DNA of 64,000 nucleotides from the human T2T-CHM13v2.0 reference genome, Homo sapiens (GCF_009914755.1 NC_060932.1); one strand, 5' to 3'. Shown: positions 29,281-43,060, numbered from the stretch's first letter. Made by a program: numbers and translations. Notes: a model not told the origin generated them from the sequence alone.

Positions 29281-30342
29281 ACAATCAGTTGTCTGCTTAA
29301 ATTTCCCTTATTTCAATTTCTTATTTAGAAAAGCAGTATTTGTTATTGGTGATTAAAACCAATTTGTTATTGGTGATTAATCTAAAGGATCACAAAATTT
29401 TTATACCAAGTCAAATTTAATGATTCAGAAAACTAGAAGTAAAAACAGATAAGTTTGGATGTCAAATTCCAATTCTTCATAATTAGAATGTGGTCAATGA
29501 ATGCACTTTTTAACGTTTGAGAAATACATTAAACCACTGATTTTCTCAATAACTTTTCACTAAAGAAAGGAGTAATATGCCTAAGTGAGTATTTATTATT
29601 TTTTTTTACAACAGTTCTAATAGCACTCATTCTTCTGCAGTAAGCAGAAGCCCATCACTGTAAAGATGCTATAATATGCAATGCTCTATCTTCCTTTCCA
29701 TCTAATTTGAAGGATGTCCGCCCATTCTGGCACTGAAGAAGAATGACAATTAGTTTGCTTTTTGGCTATGATTACTATCTTTCTGCTCTTAAAGACTCCT
29801 TTATGATTTGCTTACATTTGATCTTTAGAAGGAATTGCAAACTGAATCCAGACACTAGAAGGTGCTCTGAAGAGGGGGAACAAAAGATGGGGACCTGCGT
29901 AGGATTGAACAGGCCGACATAAGTAGGATTGAATCGAAGGGCAAGAGTGAAAGTGAGAGACCAAATTAAGAAAACTCTTACTCGAATTGTCATGTCTGAA
30001 GTTCTGGAACCAGTTCATCTTGTAACAGTGTTGGATAGGGATTCTGCATGGCTTGCTTTAAGAGAAGTGACATTATATGAACACAGACAAACTTCAGCAT
30101 TTACTGGAAATAAAAAAAAATGCCAGACCAGATTTGACATCAATAAAAAACATTAAATTCTTTCCTCACTTTAATCACCCTATGCAGTTCTACTTGTGTA
30201 TTAAACAAAGACTGTTAATACCTCACTTCCATAGTCACTGAATTCTTTCACTATGATGAATGTTTGCAATTAAACTCTATTTACACACTTGCTTAATAAG
30301 ATTATGGAAAATTACTCAAATTTTTAATTGATTTTTTTTCAG

Positions 30343-30412
30343 ACTTGAAAAAGTCTAAGCACATTAATTATGGCCAGTTGAATGCATTATGCCACATTAG
30401 AGGACAACACAG
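30343..30412 (+). CDS. CNBD1: CNBD1 coding exon 2 (70 nt; (N)LKKSKHINYGQLNALCHIRGQH(S))
   Basis: Acceptor attttttttcag| and donor CAG|gtaagc; phase 1 in and phase 2 out match exons 1 and 3. Confidence 0.95.
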
Positions 30413-31224
30413 GTAAGCTATTCATGCATTTCTTTTTCTGTCAGTCAAATGAATATGAGTATTTTTGTTTTAGGGATAAAGTATAGTAATAAACCATTGC
30501 TGGCTCTCAGAGGTACCTGATTTATCACACAGGTAAAAACAGTTGAAAACCTGGGGGTTATTTCTTCAGATTGAAGGGGCAGAATATATATGTCACATCT
30601 TAAGGAAACAATTTAGTGTGAAACAAACATAACTCATTCCTAGCTGGCCCTTTGTAGTACTTAAAAAGCAGTCATAAGGGGAAAAAGCCTTAAGTGGTTG
30701 AAAACACACATACTGAATGAAATAAGTACCTGAGCAGTGAATAGGGAATGCCTCATTGAAATATACTGGAACCAGAGAACTAGGAAATATCACTGTTCAA
30801 AGCTCAGGATTCCTAAGATGTGTAATACTTGAAGATTTAATTTTAAGAGATCTATTTCCTTGACAACTCCTTTCTCCAAGTTGGGTTTTTGGAATTATAA
30901 AACTGGTTATTTCCTTCCATATGCATCAGTGTCCATCCACCCTCTTACCTTCCTTCACTCATCCTTCATGGGACTGTTGAGGAAGGCCTTAGGTTTACAG
31001 AGTTTTCTCTCTCTACTTTAAAACATCTCCAAGTCACATCCTTGTACTTTGCAATCCATTTCAAATTATTTTTATACTGTTGTCTATTTTCTCATTTCTT
31101 CTGTCTCAGAGAGAGAGAAGAAGGCATGCAACTTTGATATTGCTTGGATTTCTGTCAAGAGGGATCATTTTCCCCTGTGCATTGCTGCCTCCTCCTTGCA
31201 CCCAGTGCCTTTCGACATGGAGTA

Positions 31225-31470
31225 AAGAATGAAGTCCACACACTCCCGAGACCTATTGCCTGATGTGAATCCTGTCTCAGCCACTTACCCTCTGTGTGAC
31301 TTTAGACTGCTTACTACATTTCTCTGCCTTGGTTTTTTCATTGGTAAAATGGAGATAACAGTACTCACTTTAAAGGGTTACTAGGATGATTAAATGAGCC
31401 TAATATATGTAAATAGCGTCTGGCACATAGTAAGGGTTCCAGAAGTGTTAGTTATTTTTATTATTGTTGT
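31225..31470 (+). mobile_element. Near full-length MIR
   Basis: tgaatcctgtctcagccacttac...tgtgtgacttt...gtaaaatggagataacagtac...tggcacatagtaag. Confidence 0.85.
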
Positions 31471-32764
31471 TATGCAAAAAAGCTCATCCAATATTTTAAG
31501 TGTCTTGAAAAATTTTAACATCCAAGCTTTGAATCTATCTTATATGTTGGTCCCTTTTCTAATGCATGAGATGCTAATCAAGGCTTTGAATGTCCTTTTT
31601 GCTTTCATTTTCCTTTTGCTTTCTGGCCCAGACGCATTTCATTTTTCAAAATACTTCTAGTTTTTTTTTCTCTTTGGGGGGTCATAATAAGAGAGCTTGA
31701 ATCATCTAGAGCTAGTTCTCTCAAAGTATCCCCTCTAAATAAATGTGATCAGCCTTACTCTTCCTGGATTGAATCATTCCTCTTGGGTGGTGTCGTCTTG
31801 TGAGACAATTATCTCATTCAGGTCCAATCTGGCTGTACTGCCTGACTCCCTCTAGTAAGTCTTATGTTTACTATGTCTTTTGTTAGAAACCCAAATCCTG
31901 AAATTGTTGGATGTGTTCTTTTGGAGCATTGGTACATACCAGGGGCCTGGGGGAACAGGTTTTAAGGTATGTGTATATAGGTTTTGCATCATTCTGTTAG
32001 AAATACAATATATAGTTACAAATACAAAATCAGATAGGAAGATAAATATTTATTTGGAATGAGGATAAAATTACAACAAATTAATAAAAGCTTGGAAGTT
32101 CAGGTCCCTTTTCTCACTTGACATTTCTTTAGACAATTTACCAGAAATACATTCACAGGAATTATTTAAAAACTTCAGAATTCAAGTGATGTCAACAAAT
32201 TGAGAGGCAATTTAGGAAAAATGTATTTCTCCATATTATTAGTTCTTTATGTATTATAGATGAAAAGTGACCAATAAATTACACTTTTCCCCTATAATAA
32301 AAATAGAAAGGCTGAGAATTAAATGATTCAAGGTTTTAAATTTTTGTACATAGAACTCACAAAGGGCATTAGTTTTGATTCTAAAAAGTTTCTTCTGTTA
32401 GAATAAAGGCAGTAGGTTGGTATATTATCCTGGGATTTTTTACTGAAGATAAAATAAAAAATTAATAACAAAGAGGGGATGATATCACTTTGGATTTCTA
32501 AATTTTTGAGTGCAAATTTTTCATCCTAGTAGACTACAAGCTCCATGAAGGCAGATTTATTTTATTTATTTTAGTGCTTCCTACTCCTTGACATTTGGCA
32601 TAGAGTTCAATGTTTTGCACTGGATTTTATTTTGATGTTCAGTAGAAATAAATATCTTCTGATGATTCAAAAAAATGTACAAGAGTTTTCTGTGTTGATT
32701 ATAAATAAGTTAGGATAGATATGGATTTATAGTGTTTTTTTAAGTATTGTCTGGAGAGCGGATT

Positions 32765-35055
32765 ATTTTTAAATATTTTAATCGGGAAGTCTTAATTATA
32801 TACATTTTTGTGATAAAATATGTTTTTGTATATGTATACAATGTGGAATAATTAAATCAATATGTTTAATATATCCATCACTTCTCTTACTTTTTTGTGA
32901 TGAGACATTTGAAATTTGCTCTTCTGGCTATTATATAAACAATACATTATTATTAACTTTAGTCACCCTGTTGTGCAATAGGTCTTAAAATCTTTTTACT
33001 CCTGTTGAATTGAATCTTTATACCCTTTCGTCAACATCTCCACATTCCTCCCCAGCAACCTGGCTCCTAGTAACCACCATTCTACTCTCTGCTTCCACGA
33101 CTTTCATGTTTTCAGATTCCACCTCTATGTGAGATCATATGGTATATGTCTTTCGGTGCCTGCTCTATCTTACTTAGCATAATGTCCTTGATGTTATTCA
33201 TGTTGTTGCAGAAGAATTTTCTTCTTTTTAAGACCGAACAGTATTCCACTGTGCATAAGTACCACATTTTTTTAGCCGTTTATTCACTGATGGACATTTA
33301 GGTTGATTTCACATTTTGGCTATTGTGAACAGTGCTGCCATAAACATGGGAATGCAGATATCTCTTCGACATATTGATTTCAGTTTCTTCGGATACATAC
33401 CCAGAAGTGAGATTCCTGCATCATATGTTAATTCTATTTTTAGTCTTTCTGAGGAAACTCCATACTGTTTTCCATAATGGCTGTACTATTTTACATTCCC
33501 ACTAACAATGTACCTGTATGAGGGTTCCTTTCAGTTCAGGTCCTCATCAGCACTTACCTTTCTTTTTGATAACAGCCATTCTAACAGATATGAGGTAATA
33601 TCTCACTGTGGCTTTAGTTTTCATTTCCCCATTGATTAGTGCTATCAAGCATTTGTTATTTTTTTTTTCATGAACACATTGGCTATACATATGTCTTCTT
33701 TGGTAAAGTAGGTGTTCAAAAACTCTGTCCATTTTTAATTGTTTTTTTTTCCCTTGCTACTGAGTTGTTTGAGTTCCTTGTATATTTGGATATTAATTCC
33801 TTGTTTGATATATAGTTTGCAAATATTTTCTCCCATTCTGTAGGTTGTTTCTTCACTTCGTTGATTGTTTCCTTGGTTGTGCAGAAGCTTTTAGTTTGAT
33901 GTAATCTCATTTGATTGTTTTTGCTTTTGTTGCCTGTGCTTTCAGGTCATACTCAAAAAATCGTTGCTTAGACCAATGTCATGGAGCTTTTCCCCTATGT
34001 TTTATCCTAGCAGTTCTATGTTTAAGTTTTAGATCTTTTGTATTTAATCATTTTGAGTTTATGTTTGTATATGGTGAGAGATAAGGGTCTAATTTCATTC
34101 TTCTGCTGTGGATATCCAGTTTTTTAAAGCACCACTTATTAGAGAGACTGTCCTTTTTCCATTGTGTGTTCTTGGCAATTTTGTCAAAAATCAATTTATT
34201 ATAACTGTGGGTTTATTTCTGGGTTTTCTATCCTGTTCCATTGATCAGTATGTCTGTTTTTATACCAGCATCATACTCTTTTGATTATACTAGGTGTATA
34301 ATATATTTTGAATTCAGGGAGTGAGATGCCTTTGGCTTTGCTCTTTTTGCTTGAGACTCTTTTGGCTGTTTGGGGTCTTTGGTAGTTCCATGCAAATTTC
34401 AGAATTGTTTTTTCTATTTTTGTGAAGTTGACATTGGAATTGTGATACAGTTTGCCTTGAATCTGTAGATCACTTTTGGTAGTATGGACATTTTAACAAT
34501 ATTAATTCTTCTAATCAGTGAACATGGATATCCTTCTATTTACGTTTTCAATTTCTTTCATTAGTGTTTCAGTATACAGATCTTTAAACTTTTTTGGTTA
34601 AATTCACACCTAAGTAATCTATTTTTGTTGTTGCTATAGTAAATAGAATTATTTTTCTAGGATTTTTTTGGGTGGTTTGTATATAGAAGCATGACTAATT
34701 TTTGTACGTTGATTTTGTATATCCTGCAACTTTACTGAATTTATTTATTCTAATAGCTTTTGGTGGAGTCTCTAGGCTTTTATACTTATAAGATCCATAT
34801 TGTCTGCAAATAGAGAGTTTCCCTGCTTCCTTCCCTATTGGGCTGTATTTTTTTTCTTTATTTTGCCTAATTGCTCTGGCTAAAACTTTCAATACTGTGT
34901 TGAAAAGAAGTAGTGAAAGTGGGCATACTTGTCTTGTTCTTGATCTTAGATGAAAAATTTTCAACTTTTCACCTTTGAGTATAGTGTTAACTATAGGCTT
35001 ATCATATATGGCCTTTATTGTGTTTAGGTTCATTCCTTCTGTTGAGGGTTTTTAT
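32765..35055 (-). mobile_element. L1MA 5'-truncated element
   Basis: Reverse L1MA 3' UTR at the left; minus-strand ORFs 33547-33910 and 34695-35033 are L1 ORF2 remnants. Confidence 0.9.
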
Positions 35056-35071
35056 TATTAACAAAGGTCAA

Positions 35072-35135
35072 ATACTTATAAAAACTATAACCCATGAACA
35101 GTTGGATACTTATAAAAACTATCACCTGTGAACAG
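35072..35135. repeat. 30-bp direct duplication (27/30 identical, period 34)
   Basis: atacttataaaaactataacccatgaacag versus atacttataaaaactatcacctgtgaacag. Confidence 0.85.
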
Positions 35136-36835
35136 CTTTTAGCCCAAAGTCCATTTATAAATTAATTGTCAAGCATTCAGAATTTTCCAAAGACACAATA
35201 TGATAGAATCATAGAATTGTAGAACAGGAAGTCAACTCAATCATCTAGTGGAAACTCTTTAACCTAAATATGATTGTTAATCATCGTTATTTAAAACAAA
35301 AGAACTAACTGACAAAGTCATAGAGTACCCAATTTTCCCTCATTTGCTCAAAATATATCTGAAATGTTATGCTTTTATAATAAAGAAGAAAATAACATTT
35401 TAAGATTTATAGTAAATCTTTAATGAAAAAATTAAAAATTGAGTAGTTTCTCATTGTTTCAGTACATTTAATTAGAAAAGTATTAAGAGTTCGATAGAGA
35501 CAATTATGATGATTTTAAGGAGGTTCCTGGAAAACCCTTTACAGTATATTCGTTATTAATTTTTGTTTCAAAATATCTTACTTTCCTTTTTCTTCCCTTT
35601 TTTCACTCACAGGATGTTGGTGAGAACCTTTCTTTTTCTTAATGAGAATGTTTTGATAATTCTGTTGGCTTTCCGGACATAATTAGACATGTATTTTTGT
35701 CTTAAGAAATAAAGAAATGAAGAGATAGGGGACTTTTATTTTTATGGATATAAAGTTTGGAAGAGAAAGGAAAGGGAGGAGAGCTTTAAAAGGATGGTTT
35801 ATGTACACATAAAAGAAATGATCTGAGGTTCGAGCCATTAAACATTGCTTTGTCTGGAATGAAGCCATTTTTTATTTTGAGGTTTCCTCTGATGACCACT
35901 AGCTGGCACTCTCAATCCAGAACAGCCCTGTCTTTTGGGATGGCAGAAAATGTGGGCAGAGATAGGTGGGATCTTACATTTATTCAATAGGTTGTTAACA
36001 AGTTGGAGGCTTATAATTCAAGGCATGCCTATTCATAATGTTTTACCTAACGTGTACACTCTTATAGCCAATTGTTTAGGCGGGATTTTCTACCTAGGGC
36101 AGTACCTTCACTAGGGAGCATTTGAAATGTATACACATTTATAGTTATTACCACGACTAGAAGGAAGTGGGGGATTTTAAACCTTTAGTGATGTGAAGTA
36201 AAATCTTGCACACTGTCCCAACCAAAATGTCAATAATCCTCCTTCTCCCATCTTCCCTTCCCCTTAAGGAACACTGGTCTAGATGATATTATCTTAAACT
36301 TACTCAAATTAGAGGAGTTGCTATAGATAATCGCTAGGATTTCATTAACCTTCAGATTTCCCTAGATCTTGATTTCAGAAACAAATCATTCTTTCCTGAA
36401 AACTTGCTTTCTTTCTCTATTTCTATCCATATCACTACAGTTAGCCTGTAAACTCCTGGAAAAAAAAGCAACCCTATTAGTTTGGTGCTATTGAGAGTTT
36501 TTATTGCTTATTTCAGTGCATGATACATAGCTGACATTCAAAAAATACTTGTGGAATGCCTGCATTTACCCAGTAATTAAAGTATGAAAATCTTGCAGGC
36601 ATGTTTTGTTACCTTTTCTCTTTATTTCTCCATGTGTTATAATTAGATTCTGCTGTTCCATTGTATCTCTATTGTTTATCACTCATTTTTTAATCTACTA
36701 CTCCACTCTAGCTTTTATTACCTGAATCCAGGACTACCAAACTTATAAGTGGAATTACATTCTCAAATCTCTTCTCATCTTAATTCCACATTATGTACTA
36801 CAAGTTAAATCTATTTTATTCATATATTTTAATAG

Positions 36836-37168
<333 letters not shown>

Positions 37169-37621
37169 AATAGATTAATTTTTGAATAATTTTGGCTTTA
37201 CAAAAAAATTGAGTAGAAAGTATAATTTCCATACATACCTTGACCCCTCCTTCCTAGTTTCCCATATGATCAATATCTTGCAGAAGCATGGTATATATGT
37301 TGCAATTTTTAGCCGATGTTGTTATTTACTATTAACTAAAGCCCATTTACATTAGGAATTACTGTTTGTGTTGAACATTGCAGGGCTTTTGACAAGTATA
37401 TAATGACATGGAACAACCATTCCATGTAATGACGTGTGTTCAATGTTACAGAATAATTTTACTACTCTAAAAATCTTCTGCTCCATCTCTTCTCCCTCCC
37501 TTCTCCCTATCCTCAACCCCTGACAACCACTGATTTTTTTCCTCTGCTTCCATAATTTTGCCTTTTTTAGAATGTCATATAGTTGGAATAATACTGTATA
37601 TATTATTTTCAGATTGCCTTC

Positions 37622-38005
37622 TGTCTTAGTCTGTTTTCTATTGCTATAAAAGAATATCAGAGATTAGATAATTTATAAAGAAAATAAATTTATTTCTCAC
37701 ACTTCTGGAGGCTGGGAAGTCAAAGGGCATGAGACTCGCATCTGGCAAGGGTGATCTAATGGTATAAGAGTGGAAGGCGAAAGCAAGCTTTTGAAAGATA
37801 GAGAAGATAGAGAAAGACACCAAGGACTAGACTTGCTTTATATCAATCTCATGATAATTAACCTTCTAATGTGATAATGGCATTAATTCATAAGTCACAC
37901 CCTCATGACTCAATCACCTTTATTAAGCCCCACCTTACAACACTGTGGCACTGGGGATTAAGTTTCAAAAGCATGAATTTTGGGGGGCACATTTAAACCA
38001 CAGCA
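37622..38005 (-). mobile_element. MaLR solo LTR (MST/MLT1A-like)
   Basis: tgtcttagtctg...ttctggaggctgggaagtcaa...atttaaaccacagca; 5-bp TSD ccttc/gcttc. Confidence 0.85.
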
Positions 38006-38046
38006 GCTTCCTTCACTAAACAATATGTATTTAAATTTTTTTCTCT

Positions 38047-38061
38047 GTGTGTGTGTGCATG

Positions 38062-38088
<27 letters not shown>
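38047..38088. repeat. Interrupted (TG)n microsatellite
   Basis: Direct reading. Confidence 0.9.
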
Positions 38089-38092
<4 letters not shown>

Positions 38093-39897
38093 GCTTGATA
38101 GCTCATTCCTTTTATTGCTGAATAATATTTATTGTATGGATATACCACAGTGTTTTTATCCATTCACTTATTGAAGCACATCTTGGTTGCTTTCAAGTTT
38201 TAGCAATTACAAATAAAGCTGCTATGAACATTTATGTGCAGGTTTTTGTGTGAACATGGGTTTTTGGGAAAATACCAAGGAGCATGCTTGCTGAATCATA
38301 TGATAAGCTTATGCTTAGCTTTATAAGAAACTAGCAAACCGTTCCAACGTGGCTGTACCATTTTGTATTCCCACCCAAAATGAGTGAGTTTCTTTTGCTC
38401 CATAACCTCATCATCATTTGTGTTGTTGGTGTTTTGAATATTAGGCATTCTAGTAAATGTGTAGTGGTATCTTGTTGCTTTAGTTTGTAATTCCCTAATG
38501 ACATATGATGTTTATCATCTTTTCATAAGCTAATTTCCACCTGTATGTCTTCTTGGATGAGGATCTGTTCAGATTCTGTCTGTTTTAAAATTGGTTTCTT
38601 TGTTTTCTTATTGTTGAGTTTTAAGAGTTCTTTGTAGATTTTGGATGCCAGCTATTTATCAAATATGTGTTTTGCAAATAGTTTCTACTATTTCTATGTC
38701 ATTTCTGTGTCTTCTTTGGAGAAATGTTTATTCATGTCCTTTGCACATTTTTTAATTGTGTTGTTTGGTTTTCTATTGAGTTGTATGAGTTCTTTATACA
38801 TTTTAAATATTAATCCCTTATCAGATATATTTTGGTTTTCAAATATTTTTCCCAAGTAGAGGCTACTATTGAGTTTATTTTTGTGTATGGCATAAGATAG
38901 GGGTACAATTTCATTCTTTTCCCATTTTAAAATTCATAAGGAAACATAAAGGACCCCAAATAGTAAAAACAATTCTGAGAAAGGAAAACAACGTTGGAGG
39001 CATTCTATTTCTAATTTTAATTATTTTTTAAAAATTATTTTTATGTATTGTTTTTAAATTGGTATATAATAACTGTACATGTTTGGGGGTACATGTGATA
39101 CCCCCAATCTTTATCAAAGTACCAATGGCATTCTTCACAGAGTACCAATAGTACTTCGTTAAAGATTGCATTGAATCTGTATATTGGTTTGGATAATATG
39201 AACATTCTAACAATATTAATTTTTCTGATCCAGGGATGTCTTTGGGGCAGTGGATATCTTTCTATTTATTTGTGTCATCTGAAATTTCATCACTGTTTTA
39301 TAATTTTCAGTGTACAGATCTTTCACCTTCTTGGTTTAATTTATTACTAAATTGGGTTTTTTTGATACTATCATAAAGGGGATTGCTTTCTTGATTCCTT
39401 TTTCATTTGTGTTGTTATTTGTGTATAAAAATCTACTAATTTTTTATTGACTTTGTATCCTGTAAATTTACTGAATTCCTTCATTAGTTAAAAAATCATA
39501 ATTATTAAAATTAAAAACTCAAGACCACTCTTTGCAGCTTCCTGTCAGCTAGATTTGGCCATAAGACAGTGAGTGTTCTTGCCAACAGAATGGGAAAAGT
39601 AGTTGTAGAAATTCTGCAACATGAGTTAATCACAAAAGAAGATTGATACCTAAAGTATGTAAATAATTGCTACAAATAACCCAATAGAAAAATGGGAAAT
39701 TGCTATGAATAGAAAATCATCAAAAAAAATTAAAATGGCCAATAAATTCATGGAATACAAATTAAACAAGACACAAATTTCATCCATAAAATATCAACTA
39801 CTATAAAAGTTTGATAACTTCAAGTCTTGGTGAGAATGTGGGAAAAGATCTGCTCTCATATGCTGCTGGAAAAGTGGCAGATGTATAGGGAGAATCA

Positions 39898-40043
39898 CCA
39901 GAACCAATTTCGTGGGCATGTGACTTATGCTCCAAAGGGCCTCATGCTCTGCTGTCATCATCTTGAAATGCTTAGTAATTTTTGAACAAGCTGCTCACAT
40001 TTTCATTTTGCACTGGGCCCCGCAAATTATATAGCTGGTCTTG
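39898..40043 (+). mobile_element. MER91A-like hAT element
   Basis: atgctctgctgtcatcatcttgaaat...tttttgaacaag...cattttcattttgcactgggccccgcaaattat. Confidence 0.75.
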
Positions 40044-40321
40044 AAACTCACCAAATCAGCCATGATGCAATGAAAAAACAAAAAGTACCTCAATATTTGA
40101 AACATATGGGTGTTTAATACAGAAATCTAGTTACCAAAGAGTTAAAAGATCCAAAAGAGGAGGGTGAGTTAACACAAATAAGTAACTGCGCAAAGTGGCT
40201 ACTACCCTAAGACGGGGGCCTTGAAAGAGCAGACATGGTATGGAGTATGAAAAGAGGCTCTGGGATTGTCTAGGAGGAACCACCCAGATAGGCTAGAACT
40301 GCTAAGAAGGGACCAGAAAGC

Positions 40322-40399
40322 AGATAGTGAGTCTACCCAAGAATGGCTAAAGATAGTGGGTCTACCCAAGAATGCAGATAGTGAGTCTACCCATGAATG
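40322..40399. repeat. Three-copy 24-bp repeat agatagtgRgtctacccaWgaatg
   Basis: Copies at 40322, 40351 and 40376. Confidence 0.9.
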
Positions 40400-40619
40400 G
40401 CTGAAGGCAGAGGAACACAGCCAATTCCAGAAATGTCACCAGTAACAGGATAAAGAGAAAGCAAAAATATAATGTTTTTTTCCTCTTCTGATTTCTAGTC
40501 TACTACCTGCGCCTTCTATTGGCAAAATCTAATAGGATAAGACAGTTGGCAAGGAAGCCTATGAAGTGCAGTTTGCTAATTCCCAGACTCAACATTCCAG
40601 AACGGATAGAGAGTGCATT

Positions 40620-42280
40620 ATGTGTTTATAATTAACTATTACATGCCCAGTACCCTAAAAGTACCTCTTAGTATTTTACCCCAGAGAAGCACCCACACAT
40701 AAATAGGAGGGCATTTACAAGGGTGTTCACTGCAGCATTTTTTTTGAGATAGAAAAAAATGAAACAACTTTAGTGTTCATCATTAGGGGAATAGTTAAAT
40801 AAAGTATGGCATATTAATACCATGAAATATTATGAAGAAGTTAAAAAGAATGACATATCTATTTGTTCAAATATGGGCAGGTCTCTAAGTCATGTTGTGG
40901 ATGGGAAAAAAGTAAGTTGCAGATAGATTTTATAATATGGTATATCTTTTGTATACAAAGACCACACACGTAAACATAAATCTGTAAATATCTACTGGTT
41001 CACTGAAATGTATATAAAGACACAAAAAAGATTAAAAGAATATTCACTGATTTAACATGGGTTTTCTCTGAGGGTGGTGAAAAAGTTCAATGTTAAGTGA
41101 TGGTCAGAATAGTGGTCAAAATAAAATTCAAAGTAACTTACATTGTTTTCAATTTTACAAGAGATTTTTCTCTTGCTTGTATACTCTTTGAATTACTAAT
41201 TTAAAAAGAAATGAATACTCAGATTCAAGACTTACTATAAAGCTACAGCAATCAAGACAGTGTGGTATTAGCAAAATAGACAAGTGGATCAATTAAACAG
41301 AATACAGAGCTCATGAATAGACCCACACAAATATGTCAACTGATCTTTAACAAAGGAGCAAGCCAATTGAATGGAGAAAGTTTGGATTTTCAATAAATGA
41401 TACTGAAACAACTGGATATCCATATCCAATAAATATATGTGTCTAGGCAGAGACCTTACATTATTCACAAAATTAACTCAAAATGGATCATAGACCTAAA
41501 TTTAAAATGCAAAAGTATAAAACCATATAAGATAACAAAGAAAAAATCTAGGTAACGTTGGGTTTGGTGATGACTTCTTAGGTAATACACCAAAAGCATG
41601 ACTGATGAAAGATAAAATGATTAAGCTGAACTTCCTTAAAATTTAAATCTTCTGCTCTGTCAAAGACACTGTTAGAAGAATAAAAAGGCAATGCAATTTA
41701 CCTGTGTAACAAACCTGCACGTGTACCCCTGAACCTGAAATAAAAGTAAAAAAATAGAAATAAAAAATGTGGTTTATATACCCAATGGAATACTATTCAG
41801 CCCTAAAGAAGAATGAGATCTTGCCATTTGCTACAACATAGATGAACCCAGAGGCCCTTATGTTAAGTTAAATAAGCCAGACACAGAAAGTAAAATACTA
41901 CATCATCCCACTTATATGTGAAATTTAAAAAAACGCAAATACAGAGATAGAGAACAGTGGTTACTAGGGGCAAGGGTGAAGGGAGGAAATGGGGAGATGT
42001 AGGTCAGAGGATACAAAGTAGAATATATGTAGGATGAACAAGTGAAGAGATCTAATATACGATATGAGGATTATAGGTAATAACATTGCACTGTATTTGG
42101 AATTCATGCTAAATGAGTAGATTTTAGCTGTTCTTGCCACAAAAAAAAAATGGGTAACTATATGAAATGATGGATATGTTAATTTGCTTCCCTATAGAAA
42201 TCTTTTTATTATCTGTATGTATTCTAGAACATCATGTTGTACACTTAAATATATACAGTAAAAATAAAATTTAAAGATAC
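40620..42280 (+). mobile_element. Stack of L1 fragments (L1ME-like, L1M ORF2, short L1PA 3' tail at about 41693-41767, L1MA 3' end)
   Basis: ctataaagctacagcaatcaagacagtgtggtatt; aacaaacctgcacgtgtacccctgaacc; ggagatgtaggtcagaggatacaaa...tgatggatatgttaatt. Confidence 0.8.
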
Positions 42281-43001
42281 TAAAAATATATGTAATTTTC
42301 AATTTGAGAATTTTCACTTAGTTCTTCAAGTTTGACTGGCTATTCCTGATATTCTCTTGTTATTAATCATCATTGTGATTCCCTCCTTTATTTTCATAAA
42401 GATTTTATATATAACTTTTATATTTTATATCTAACATAGAGTAATTTATAGGCTTAGGGATATAAATCTGATGTTGTTGCTGCTGGCTTGCGCTTATGGC
42501 AGCTTGTCTTTCCAGGTGATCTTTCTGTGAAAGATTTGCTTATTAACATGTAATAGTAACATGTGGCCTAAATTATGAAAAATTCTTCAACAGAGAATTT
42601 ATATCTATCTCTTCCTAGGGTCAGTGTGCACCATCAAGCTAAGCTACTCCATTCTCCTTCAAGAGTCCTTCCACAAAGATGGCTGGGCTCCCCTCCTTGT
42701 TCCTTGGTCATGGCTCAATTCCTCCCACCCATGCTCCTTCGTATCAGTGACTGCCTTCAGCACACCCTACCCCTCCTCTCTGCCCATTGGTCACATCTCA
42801 AGTATCCACTCACTTTCCCCCCCCTTTTCTTGCAATGTGGTGGGCCTTTGAGACCTAGGTCACCTTTCATAAGACCAATAATGCACCAGAAATTTGTTAT
42901 GCAGGATATGTGCAACAACAGGGCTCTTTAGAGAATTAAGACTGCCATGCTGCAAAAACCTTGAAGATTTTTTTTCTTTTTTTGCATTTTGGCATGTGTG
43001 C

Positions 43002-43060
43002 GTATAAGGTATGTTCTAAGGTATAAGGTATGTTCTTCTAAGGTATAAGATACGTTCTAC
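43002..43060. repeat. Three-copy, about 19-bp tandem repeat gtataaggtatgttctaag
   Basis: Copies at 43002, 43021 and 43043. Confidence 0.85.

Larger units (their letters stand above)
37184..39490 (-). mobile_element. L1MC/MB-like composite, interrupted by a MaLR LTR and locally rearranged
   Basis: Reverse L1MC-type 3' end (caaaaaaattgagtagaaagta...ttttagaatgtcatatagttggaat) followed by ORF2 remnants. Confidence 0.75.

Noticed and set aside
29929-30156. 75-aa ORF with an internal aataaa/A-run as a processed pseudogene
   Set aside because: TTG start, no recognisable parent protein, no TSD; the A-run fits a minus-strand pyrimidine tract as well.
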